NCBI RefSeq assembly: GCF_001194135.2
Contig: NC_068982.1
Span: 14,627,071 to 14,691,070, forward strand
Direction: 5' to 3'
DNA: 64,000 nt
Source of the DNA: Octopus bimaculoides
Lineage: Eukaryota
Shown here in pieces: positions 51,601-64,000 of the stretch; the stretch's first letter is position 1, and each line of letters opens with the position of its first letter. A program made the position numbers and the translations under genes. Below the pieces are notes generated by a model that made no database searches, was not told the origin of the DNA, and saw nothing but the letters and a program-made list of their open reading frames with translations.

Positions 51601-51685
51601 CTAATTACTAAATTCTTTGTTATATTTTAAATAATTCAAAGAAACACAGAGCATCTCAAAATAAATGCAGTAAAGAAAAGGTTAA
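51601..51685 (-). mobile_element. Truncated reverse-oriented end of the same TTAA MITE
   Basis: Reverse complement reads ttaaccttttctttactgcatttattttgagatgctctgtgtttc..., matching the unit left end; abuts a family-E repeat. Confidence 0.65.
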
Positions 51686-52067
51686 ACGGGATCTAAATGA
51701 AAAGTTCTTATAACATTATTCTTATGATAAAAGACATAAAGACATATAATGTCTCCAATATTTTCATTTCTAATGCATGAAAGAATTGAAAATTATATGC
51801 AACTGAATTCAGATGATGTAGATATCATTGATTAATCGATAAAATAGAAGACTGAAAAAAATAATCTAAAATCTAAATAGATCTGGAGTCAAAATGGTTG
51901 AAAGCTAGAACAACTTCCAGCAAAAGAGCAAAAAAAGAAAAAGACAAATAAGTTGTTAGCCTGGCTAATGGTAACAACACTATTTTTTCCTGCCCACCAT
52001 CAAAGAGCAAGAAGCTGGAACATTAAATATTCCACTCCTCGCAGCAATCAAAACTTACTGACATTCT

Positions 52068-52452
52068 GTGTTGGCACTCCGTCGCTTACGATGTCGAGGG
52101 TTCCAGTTGATCCAATCAATGGAACAGCCTGCTCGTGAAATTAACGTGCAAGTGGCTGAGCACTCCACAGACACGTGTACCCTTAACGTAGTTCTCGGGG
52201 ATATTCAGCGTGACACAGAGTGTGACAAGGCTGACCCTTTGAATTACAGGCACAACAGAAACAGGAAGTAAGAGTGAGAGAAAATTGTGGTGAAAGAGTA
52301 CACCAGGGTTCGCCACCATCCCCTGCCGGAGCCTCGTGGAGCTTTAGGTGTTTTCGCTCAATAAACACTCACAACGCCTGGTCTGGGAATCGAAACCACG
52401 ATCCTACGACTGCGAGTCCGCTGCCCTAACCACTGGGACATTGCGCCTCCAC
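52068..52452 (-). mobile_element. SINE family C, full length
   Basis: 11-bp TSD actgacattct at 52057-52067 and 52453-52463. Confidence 0.9.
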
Positions 52453-54195
52453 ACTGACATTCTACATCATAATCATCTTACACCTGCTTTCCACCATGGT
52501 ATGGTTTGGGTGTGTTGCCACAGTCCAGTCAATTCCTATTTGGATTTGCTGCCCGACACTCATACTTTCTATTTTGGACATAGGTTCTGGCTGACTGCCC
52601 TTCTTAACACCAGCCATTTTATAGAGCATACCAGCAGCATTTCATCATAGTAACTGCAATAAAGATGTAATGTTCTCGACAAGACAAGACTATGTGAATA
52701 GTAAATCATTGCTGTCCATGCATTATTTCACAACTACATCATCATTATGATCATCATCATTGTTTAATGTCTGCCTTCCTTGCAGACATGGGTGGGATGG
52801 TTTGATAAGAGCCGGCCAGGGAGAATCCTGCACCAGACTTCTGTAACTGTTTTGGCAGGATTTTTACAGCTGGATGCCCTTCCAAACACCAACCACTCAG
52901 CGGAGTGGACTTACATAATTATAATAAATCCTGACACAGACATGAAGGTTAATGTATGTATCTTTACTACAGATCTAATATCAAACAAAACAGTTCAAAT
53001 ATCAAACAAAACATCAAATTGCTAGCATTACATTGTCTTCATGTAGCTCAAAAGTTAGGGTGTTTGGATCGTAATCATAAGGCCATGAGTTTGATACCCA
53101 GCATTGTGTTGTGCTCTTGAGTAAGGTACTTTATTTCACATTGCTCCAGTCCACTCAGCTGGCAAAAATGAGCAGTACATGCATCTCAGAGGGCCACTCT
53201 CATCACATTTTATATCATGGTGAATCTCCCTGAGAACTACATTAAGGATATGTGTGTCTGTGGAGTGCTCAGCCACTTGCATGTTAATTTCAAGAGCAAG
53301 CTGTTCCATTAATTGGATCAGCTGGAAGATTTGTCACCATAACTGACAGAGTCACCAGTTATACTTAAAATCCATATCAGAGGTTCTCTCATAGTATCTA
53401 TTGCAGTATTCCGTGTTCTATCACAACATCCACTTTAAAGTGGAGATAAACATTACCTGATGTTTGTTGCTAATGAATTGCTATTTAATCTTAAGATCAA
53501 CCTTGATTGAACAAATGTATGATCAAAGAATTCCATCTGTGACTATCCCACATTTTTAAAGATAACCAAGGCTTTTACAACACCCACATTTACTGTTGAT
53601 TAGGTTAACTAGATAATATAAACTTATACCTACTTCTAGTGATCCTCTGGGGGAATCAAAGGGATTTGTCTTTGATACAGATTTTATGTCTTGACTTTAA
53701 GTCTCAAACTTGAAACTACATTTATTCATTTATTACAGAGGAAATCATTTCTCCTTCCAGCTTACTTTAAATCCTACAGTATCTTTTGTGTATCTATTGT
53801 TTGCAGAGGTTACATAGTATAGAGTTCCATAATAAACAATAATAATTTAAACAAAATCAGACACATGTAATTTCTTGTTAACTTGAATTGTTGGATTGTG
53901 AGGATAATGGCAAACAACAATTCTCATCAAAAGTTCTCCTTGATTGGGAAAGGAAATGAGAATGGGAGAAATATCACAGCCATTAGACCAGTATATTTAA
54001 ATAGAGCTATATAATCTGTTGAACAAGACTCAAATCAAATTTGTGTTTAAGCAAAACATTAATGCTTATTGGACAATAATCATATTATGTGTCTAAATTC
54101 TAGTTTTAATTTGAGATGATTAAGCAACAAAAACACCAGTAATGAATCAACCTGCACATAATCATTTATTTACAAGTGTTAATTAATTATACTTT

Positions 54196-54226
<31 letters not shown>

Positions 54227-57065
54227 CCAAATACCACAGAGTCCAGCAACTCAGTATTCTCTATTGTTAAAAGCTAACATATTGCTGCTTTCTAAATGTC
54301 AGGTCTTTTATAATAAATAAATAGATAAATAAAAACATATTATGAAGCTAACAAAAGTTTGTTTTAAAAATTAACTGTACTAATCAATAAAAGCACTTTA
54401 CATGATAATGTTATTTTTTGTTTAGATTTTTGCAATCAGTTTACATGGCATCCGCTGATGCTGGATTTCCTCTTTAATAAAATATCTTCAACATTAGGAA
54501 ACTGTTTAATTATGTACAACAAAGAGATTGGATAATTGCTACATGGAAAAATCTCATAAGCATTTAATAAGATGCTATGGCTTTCAATTCTCAACCATAG
54601 GCCAAATGAATAATTTTTTTGTGGGGACTACATTTTAACAGAACTTATTTAAAAAAACATGCATTGATTCAAAAGTGTTACATAAAATCAGGATGTTTCT
54701 TATTTTAGTATCTAATGTTATTGCTTAAAACCGCAGTTTTGCCATTCAAAATTATTGATTGAAATATTTGTATGAGATTTCTATAGCTAAGTTCAAATAA
54801 CTGATTTATGAGGCAGAAAAAAAATAACCAAAAGGATGGATGGAAATGATTTCAGATGTTCTTTAAATACAGTCATTTCAGAATCATGTATCAGATATCA
54901 GAATCATATATCAGATAAAGCTTCATCTTAGCTCACAGCCACAAGAGATATAAGTTGTTACTCTAGTTAATGAGACAACCAAATCAATGAGGGAGCCTTT
55001 ATTTAACCATTCAACATTCTAGAAATAACAGCCAAATCAGTGTTAGCTAAAAAAAAAAAAGGACAGATTGGATAATGTAATCTTAGATACACTATGTTCA
55101 GAGAAATAAGGTAAAGTGGCCAAAGGTGGAACATCTTTCATCTTAGGTCCATTTAATAAGAACTAACTAGAAGTTACATAGCATCATCATCATCATCATC
55201 ATTTAATTTCTGTTTCCCACGATGACATGGTTTGGATAGCTGGATCAAGCTAGATTGTCAGTTTTCATATGATTTCTATGGGTGGATACTCCCTTTCTTA
55301 TGCCAACCGTTTTACCCTGTGTATGAGGTACTTTTTCATGACAACATCACAAGTGAGATTGCTAGTAAGTTGCGAAACAGAAAATGATTTGGGAAAAGGT
55401 ATCCACAACTAAGGATGGGGGGGGGGGGTATCTAAGAGTGGTCGGTGACTTTATGTGAGATGCTGAGTGGCTAAAGTAAATATCCAGGTTTTAAGTAACT
55501 AAAAGATCTTTCTTTCCATATACCTTTCTGAACCGGAGGCTCCTGTGCTGTTAAACAATTTACTAGAAATAGTAAAAAAAAATGGACACATTGGGTTGTA
55601 TAGTTCAAAGTACATAGGTAAACCATGCCTGAGAATGTTGAGATGGTCATGGCTGGAATGTCACTGATCATGGTCAAGTCAATTAGGGCTAACCTAAAGG
55701 CAGCAAGCTGGCAGAAACGTTAGCATGCCGGGTGAAATGATTAGCAGTATTTTGTCTGTCTTTATGTTCTGAGTTCAAATTCCACTACGGTCGACTTTGC
55801 CTTTCATCCCTTCGGGGTCGTACTGGGGTCGATCTAATCGACTAGCCCCTTCCCCCAAAATGTCAGGCCTTGTGCCTAGAGTAGAAAAGAATTAGGGCTA
55901 ACCTAGAGCTAAACTGAAAAACTGAGCTAATCCTTGTCTTCTGTTTCTGAGGTATTAAGCAGAGAAGAGACAAATCACAGAATCCCTGGATATACGAGTC
56001 ATGGATATATGTTCTTCTGCTGATAACATTGTAGAAAAAAAGTCAAATTAATTTTCTCTAAGTTTTATTGGTTGAAGAGAGTCAGAAGATACTGACAATA
56101 CAATTGCCATTATCTTCTCTAATTTCAACTAAAGACACAATGAAACAATTAAGTTTTACAACAAAACTGTCTTAGTTTAGTGTTTATAACAAACATAAAA
56201 ACGATAAACAAAAAGGTTAAAGTAATAACAAATTATTTATAGAACATTTCCATTTGGAATTATGTCCTCAGATGTATTTGATATGGATTGTGTTGACAGA
56301 ATTGGCAGCAGCTGGCTTAGTCACAGCTGGCCAAATAGATAAACAGTCTTCAACCAAACATCTATACCCATGCTTCTTTCTCTCTCTCTCTCTCATTGGC
56401 AGAATAGATCCCTTGAAGATCTTTCTTTTAATTTTCTTAAGCTTCTTTCAGTTTCCAGCCACCAAATCCACTGACAAGGCTTTGGTTGGCCTAAGGCTAT
56501 AGTAGAAGTCACTTGCCTGAGGGGCCATGAAATAGGACTGAACCTGGAAGCAAACTTCTTAGTACACAGCCCCACCTGCACCTAAGGGTACTTTATTTCA
56601 TCAACCCCAGAAGTGTAAAAGGCAAAGGTGATTTTGGTGGGATTTGAACTCAGCACATAGATAAATTGTACTTTCAAACTTATCGTTTATCAGTTCAGTC
56701 ACTGGGCTGTGGCCATGCAGGAAGGAAGACTACGGAGGACTCTGCATTTACAGCCGAGTGAACTGGAGCAACAGCAACATATGAAGTATTTTGATCAGAA
56801 GACTACGCACCATCCAGTCCAGGAATTGAAATTATGATCTTGCGATCATGAGAGCAACACTGTGTGCTTTTACATAACATAGTGAAACCCAGTTTCATCA
56901 TCATCATCATCGTTTAACGTCCACTTTCCATGCTAGCATGGGTTGGACAATTTGACTGTGGACTGGCGAACCAGATGGCTACACCAGGTTCCAATCTGAT
57001 CTGGCAGAGTTTCTACAGCTGGATGCCCTTCCTAACACCAACCACTCCGAGAGTGTAGTGGGTGC

Positions 57066-57610
57066 GTTATGCCTCCATTCATCTCTCCACATGGCTTCAG
57101 ACTCAACACAGGGGCTTACATCAAGTGCCTGGAGGAGGTAGTGCTGTCCTGGGTCAAGAGGATGGCTGCTGGAAGACCTTATGCTTGCCAACAGGAATCT
57201 GCACCATGCCACACCAGCAGGAGAACCCAGTCATAGCTGTCAGACAATTTCTGCAACCACATCACCCTTAACATCTGGCCACCTAACTCCCCAGATTGCA
57301 ACCCACTTCATTATTATGTGTGGGGTACAGTTGAGCGAGAGACCAACAAGGCCCCTTGTAACACCAAAGATGAACTGAAGAGAAGGATTATTTACCAATT
57401 TAAACAAGGAGACCATCCAGAAGAGTTGCAGGAGGTTCTGAAGTCATCTGGAGGCATGGTTGAAGCCAATGGTGATTTTATTGAATAAATTTACTCTTTA
57501 GTATTTCAAAATATTTTTAGATAATTTTGGTAAATATATCTGTTAAAATGAGATGTCAGTGTTATTTTCATTTTTGTGTAATTTAGACGACTGCTTATTC
57601 ACCACACCCT

Positions 57611-57611
<1 letters not shown>
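57066..57611 (+). mobile_element. Tc1/mariner (DD37D/maT-like) transposase 3' half with right TIR, decayed
   Basis: Reads MPPFI..HGFRLNTGAYIKCLEEVV..W...RPY..QQESAPCHTSRRTQS*L...WPPNSPDCNPLHYYVWG..E; ends ...caccacaccctg|TA at 57611. Confidence 0.85.
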
Positions 57612-57644
<33 letters not shown>

Positions 57645-58141
57645 ATTTCTATTTTACATCCAAATTGCAGCACACATGCACCTTTCTCCAATTGAGCTAT
57701 CTATCTTAGCCTGGCAGACAGGTCAATCTTCTCTACATGCAAACATTTGGCTCTGCAATAAATACATCCTTCCAAATAGAGGATAAGATTAGATAACGAA
57801 GAAACTTAATTAATGCTTTGAAGAGATAAGAAAAGATGGAGCAACTGAAAATCCATGAGGTTAGAAAACATCCAGAGAAAAGAAAATGTATCTTTTATCT
57901 TTTATCTTTTACTTGTTTCAGTTATTAGATTCTGGCCATGCTGGGGCACTGACTCAAAAAATTTTTAGTTGAATAGACTGATCTCAGTACTTCTGTTTTT
58001 GTAAAGCCTGACGCTTATTCCATCAGTTTCTTTTAGCAAACCACTAAATCATGTGGATGTAAACACACCCACATCAGTTGTCAAATGGTGCTGTGGGACA
58101 AATACTGACACAAACACAAACACACATATGTATATGCATAT

Positions 58142-58426
58142 AGGTGCAGGCATGGCTGTGTGGTAAGAAAGAAGCTTGCTTCCCAACCACATGGTTCAGT
58201 CCCACTGTGTGGCACCTTGGGCAAGTGTCTTCTACTATAACCTCAGGCCGACCAAAGCNNNNNNNNNNTCTTCTACTATAACCTCAGGCCGACCAAAGCC
58301 TTGCGAGGGGATTTGGTAGATGGAAACTGAAAGAAGCCCGTTGTATATATGTATATATACATATATATGTTTGTCCCCCCCAACATCATTTGACAACCGA
58401 TGTGATGGAAACTGAAAAAAGCCCAT

Positions 58427-58467
<41 letters not shown>

Positions 58468-58648
58468 CCCCAACATCGTTTGACAACCGATGTTGGTGTG
58501 TTTACATCCATGTAACTTAGTAGTTCGACAAAAGCGACCTATAGGATAAATACTAGGCTTACAAAGAATAAGTCCTGGGGTCGATTTGTTCGACTAAAGG
58601 CGATGCTCCAGCATGGATGCAGTCAAATGATTGAAAAGAATAAAAGAA
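58142..58648 (+). mobile_element. SINE family A with an internal ~100-bp duplication
   Basis: Segment gatggaaactgaaa...ccccaacatc.tttgacaaccgatg occurs twice (~58318-58403 and ~58404-58492). Confidence 0.85.
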
Positions 58649-59331
58649 TTCTATAGGCTTCAATCAATTTCCATCTACCAAATCTGTAGAAGTTATAACT
58701 ATGCATAGCTGAAAAACTGCACATTTTTTTTAGATCTAAGAATTCTATTGCACTACTTATTTCTGAAATATACAGCAAATGCAAACATGTGTACAAATTT
58801 CTTTTGATGCACTGCAGGACACTACCCTCTCTAGATTGAACAGCTGTCTCATAGATTTTGGACCCCTCTCCATTGAATTATTCCCCAATAACTAGTTTAA
58901 TTATAACTTCTACAGTCAAAGGGGCAGTAACTCTATTTTCTTTCTCTTCTTTTCTTTTTCCATTTATACTCACCCTTCCACTTTTTGCATCAACCTTCTT
59001 GTTTGTTTGTTTTTTTTTGTTTTTTTCTTTTTCTTGTGGTTTCTCATGTACCAGTGTCCTGATTTTCAAATGGAGCAAACCATGTGCTTAGACTTTGAAG
59101 ATTGCTTGGAGACACATAGCATGTTATAAAAACTTGCCAAGTCTCATGTCTCCACTGCAATTAACTATTAGCAGCTCTCATCTCTATGTCTTTATACTGT
59201 GAACATTAAATGATATTTATCTCTCACTAGATGGAGTACATTTTCTTTGATCACACCTTAACAGAACAGTAAACTATACATACATGTATACATACATACA
59301 TACATACATACATAGATACATAGATACATAG

Positions 59332-59374
<43 letters not shown>

Positions 59375-62300
59375 CACACACACACATTTATATATATATA
59401 AAGGGGGAGGTCATCATCATCATCATCATTTAATGTCCCTTTTTCTATGCTGGCATGGATTGGTTAATTCAAAAAGAACTGATGGGCCAGAGGTCTGTAC
59501 CAAACTCCAATGTCTGCTTTGGCATGGTTTCTGCAGCTGGATGCCTTTCCTATCACCAGTTTCATTACAGAACGTGCAGAATGCATTTTTATTTTTGCAA
59601 TACCAGCACGAGTGAGGTCACCAAGAACTCACAAATCATGTCCCCTCAACCAAGTGAGGTACAGTTTCGAGTGATGTGAAAGAATAATAGAGGGACAGCA
59701 ACAGGTGTCTCCCTGAAGAGGTGAGTATATAGCTTCCTCAGATGGAAAGACAGAGAGAGAGAGAGAGAAAAGGGATGGTGGTAAGGGTGTACTTTCGAGG
59801 TACAAGGTGAATATGAGGAAGAGAATAGTAAAAGCAGAACGGGGTAAGGCAAGTGAGACTGCTAGTGTATGGAAAGTATAAAACAAATGGGGATTGAGGT
59901 GAAATAGGAGTGGGCCAGGGAAGGGCAGCAGCAGAAGTAGCAGGAGGCGGAAGAGGTGTTAAGGAGCAGTAGTATGGATACAATGTGAAGTGTAGGGGGA
60001 TTGATGGTATTATTTAAAGCACCTGAGTGAGTAGTAGCACAATTAGAAGATTCATGGAGGTAGGGGTGTCAGTCAAAATACATTCCTTTGTATGAAATAT
60101 AACAGATACCTTTGAAAATAATTGTACAATAAACTATTGGCAAATCTACTAATTTGTATACATCTGCTTCTCCTATTTTGAGAAAGCTTCATTTCTATTT
60201 TAAAATGTTTATTTATTTTGGCCAAATTACATACTGTATATCTAGCAGCTATTAAAGTGTTATTCATTTCACTGAATCTCTGTTTCTTATTTATTGGATT
60301 GTTTTTATTTATGTAATAAATACATCTGAAAAAAAAACTTTCCAAGATAAAGAAGTGCGTTGCAGTTTACTTGAAGCATTGTAGTGCAGAAGTAGAATGA
60401 TAAATGAAATGAGAAATGAGGAACGCTTTTGATTATATCCCTCTGAAGATAGGCCTATACACCCAAAAAATAAAAGTTTTTTTCAAAACTTTCTTCATTG
60501 TTAGAAGCTTTCCTCATTTCTCATTTCATTTATTTTATTTCCTTGATAATGTAAAATTCATGATAAAAATATTTCTGATCCCCAATGTTGCCATTATTTT
60601 CAAAGATTACTGTGTAAAAAGCTTTAAACAAGTAGAAAACAATTTTTTCTCTTAAAATAGACTAATCCATTTTACATAACATTATCTCAGAAAGGTCAGA
60701 TGCTTCCTCTCTCCATTGGATTATAGAATTAAGTACCTCATGGAGAGACAAAATGAAATACTAATAACAGATTAGAACTCATAACTAAAGAGCTGGTAGT
60801 CAGAGATCTTATCTACTTTGCCACTTTACCTAGATGTTACCACGGTTGAGCAGACCTAAATTCAAAGACATGCCAGCCAGGACCATCACATTTGAATATA
60901 CCTAACACAACATTCTTTAATGTGTTCTTCCTTTTTTCCCTTAAGATTGTAGTGTCTGGCTAGAAGGAGACTTGGTTGCTATTTCTAGTAAACTGAACTT
61001 TTCTGTAAAGGTCTTCTATATTAGCACATTAACATATTTAATTACACTTTCATGTAATTGAAATATCATGGATGCTTAGCCTAAGGTTGACCCCAAACAG
61101 ACAGATCTATGATAAAAGCCTTTTCCAGTTATGACTATCGCATGTTTTGCTTTTGTTTTGTTGCTGTTTTTTTTTTCTGGACTCCATTATTCCATATGTC
61201 CTTCCAATTTTAAGATAATAAAGCGTAAGTTGTGAGATATTTAGTTTTAGTTTCTCACAGAGTGAAAGACCACACATAGATTGTCTCTTTGGCTCTCAAA
61301 TAAATATTATTGATATAACTGGTTTTTGATCAATAGAAGAAGAATTATGTGACATTTACAGACGGAATCCATATACCAGGAGCTATGAACTTTTGATAAC
61401 AGAGTTTGCAGTATAAATCAAATGTAAGAAGAAAGAAATGGTGTTTGCTTGAATTATTAGAATTGAATCATTTCTAGGTTTCTTTTCTTTCATTTTCATT
61501 CCTTTTCTTTCTTCTCAAAGACATTAATTGCTTTACTTTTAATGTTTTTATCTGGTATGTTTTCATTAAGGCTGTGCAACTTTAAAGCAGGATAGACAGA
61601 ACACATGTCTTTGATTCTTTGAGCGATGATGGAGGTAAACATTTGATTTGGAAACTGAAACGAATTTTGATGTATTTCCATTTGCAATAAATCACCATGT
61701 TTCCAATTTCATATAAAATACAGCTAAATAGAGGCAACAAAGATGAGTAAATTATCATTTTCTCTCTATATCATACTTCTACATTGAAATATCTTTCATG
61801 AGGTAAGTTGGCACTGTATTCCAATAGCAAATATATCTCAAAGCTGCTTGTTACTAATATTCACTTTGAGATGTTCTATAGATCATTAGAAGGTGTAATC
61901 TATGCCAGACTGTACACACATATAAAAATAAATTGTATTGAGCATAATTATGCACAACTATGACATCAAAGGAAGTTTAGTCTTTGAACTCTTAAATAGT
62001 TTCATTTTGCTAGGGTGGCGGCAGTGGGGGGAGGACTACTGTTTGCTATGAGTAGAGTCAGTACAGAAAAGATGAGTGCTTAACCATCTTGGAGAACTTA
62101 GCTCTCCCTGTCTGTGGATATTGCTTGAAGGATGCCGGTGCCACCTAACTGTACCCCGTGCCGGTGGCACATAAAAAAGCATCCACTACACTCTTGGAGT
62201 GGCTGATGTTAGGAAGAGAGGATATCCAGTTGTAGAAACCTTGCCAGATCAGATTGGAGCCTGATGCAGCCTCCTGGCTTGCCAGTCCCCAGTCAAACTG

Positions 62301-62847
62301 TCCAACCCATGCCAGCATGGAAAGCAGATGTTAAACGAGGATGATGATGATGATGATGAAGAATAGGCTCAGCCCAGTTGACTATACTACAAAAACTATA
62401 TAACAAGAATATATACATGCATATGTGCATGTGTGTGTGTGTGTGTCTGTGTCTCTGTGTGTGTGCATGTGTATGTATGCACACATACACACACTCATGT
62501 GCATGTATACATCTGTTCCTTGTTTACTTTAAGTCTTTTAACTGGCACAAAGCTTCACCAGCAACAGTTCCCTTCTCTCATTTGAGGGATTTTTACGATG
62601 CAAGGTACTTGGTGACCCTGCACATGTTGGTACCACATGAAAAGCACCTCATACATTCTGTAAAGTGGTTGTCATTATGAAGGGCATCCATCTGCAGAAA
62701 CCATGCCAAAATAGACCCTGGAGCTTGGTACAGCTCCTGGTCTTGTCAGCTCCTGTTAAATGATGATTATGATGATGACGATGATGATCAAGATGATCAT
62801 GATGTATGCGTAAGTAGATATATCATCAGCAAGTGAGACAAGCCTAT

Positions 62848-63060
62848 TGTGTATGTATGTATGTATGTATGTATGTATGTATGTATGTGTGTGTGTGTAT
62901 GTATGTGTATGTATGTGTGTGTATGTATGTATGTATGTATGTATGTATGTATGTGTATGTATGTATGTATGTGTATGTGTGTATGTAACTATGTATGTAT
63001 TTATGTATGTATGTATGTATGTGTATGTGTGTGAATGTATGTATGTATGTGTGCGTATGT
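62848..63060. repeat. (TATG)n/(TG)n compound microsatellite
   Basis: Direct reading; source of His/Thr/Tyr- and Val/Cys/Met-rich spurious ORFs. Confidence 0.95.
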
Positions 63061-64000
63061 ATCATCATCATCATCATCATCATCATCATTTAACATCCAC
63101 TTTCCATGCTGGCATATACACTCACACACACACACATATATGTGTTGATAATCCAACAGGTTTCCACCTGCTCACAATTTCTCACATGACTTGTGTCAGT
63201 CTGAGACTATAACAGAAAACTCTTACCAAAGAAACCACACGATGTCATTAAATATAGAAAGCACACAATTACAAAGAAGGGTTCTTCATCACATAGGTAT
63301 CCCTGGGCTTATATTCTGTGTTTTTAAAACAGCACTCCACATCCAAAACCTAAACTCAGTTACTATTCCAGTCTCTATAAATTCTCTATAGATGTGAATC
63401 CTACCATACCTTACCACCCTTCATATTGTTTCTCTCCAGAGACAGGTTTTTGGTGGGGTCTTTTTATTTGATATTTTTGATAAGGTCTTAAGTTCCTTAA
63501 ATATTTTCCCCTCTTCTCTAAATTATTTCCCCATTCCTCTGTTCTATTATTACCATATTTTTGTCTAGCATAGATGTAAAAGTATATAAAAACTGCTCTT
63601 TAATCAATATTCCATCAATATCTTTAGCCATAATTGCATACCTTAGATGTTAAATTTTGTAATAAATTGAAAGATACCTATCAATATTCATCTCAGATAC
63701 CAATTAACATTCAGAACAGGACAACTAATTCATGAAAATGTATACTTCACCTTTATTTTAATACTGAACTATTTTCATAAATGAATAACAATCAAAATGG
63801 TGTCATGGCATAGAAAAGAAATAAACACTTAACAAACTGAATCTGTAAATCTACTGTTGACTTGCATCAAGCACAATCATGGACACGCTTCATATTCTAT
63901 TAATTACAGGATTTCAGTGGCATTGTTCTAGAATTATCTCTTTCAAAGTTACTAATATGAATGATCACGGTTCTTCATGCAGAAACACAATTGTTTCAAT

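Noticed and set aside
61496-61687. 63-aa minus-strand ORF as a candidate 5' exon
   Set aside because: No F-box or LRR features and no suitable splice donor.

Overview
AT-rich, repeat-dense eukaryotic draft-assembly window with 10 N-gaps. Its tRNA-derived SINE families and (AT)n/(GT)n/(GAT)n microsatellites suggest an octopus genome; this is inference, not a database result. The only host gene I can support is three minus-strand coding exons (36803-36537, 31998-31832, 18066-17864; 637 nt, GT-AG, phases consistent) of a leucine-rich-repeat protein resembling invertebrate F-box/LRR proteins. I found neither its upstream nor its downstream exons, so most or all of the window may be intron. The rest is a mosaic of SINEs (labelled A-E here, plus interspersed repeat F), RTE, CR1/L2-like, Penelope-like and L1/Tx1-like LINE remnants, Tc1/mariner and hAT derivatives, TTAA (piggyBac-type) MITEs, an LTR remnant and simple repeats. 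Most unusual observations: (1) a ~222-bp TTAA MITE in tandem arrays at three loci, always joined by the same invariant linker TTAA-ATTAATCATTTG-TTAA; (2) a ~240-bp element duplicated in the two introns flanking one exon, carrying a strong 3' splice-site-like signal that leads to an immediate stop; (3) an LTR remnant with a perfect heat-shock element and a triplicated tRNA-Trp primer-binding site; (4) a SINE insertion with an inverted templated copy of nearby DNA. No prokaryotic-type system (CRISPR, operon) is present. Almost all other ORFs in the supplied track are microsatellite or gap artefacts. All alignments and coordinates were done by eye.
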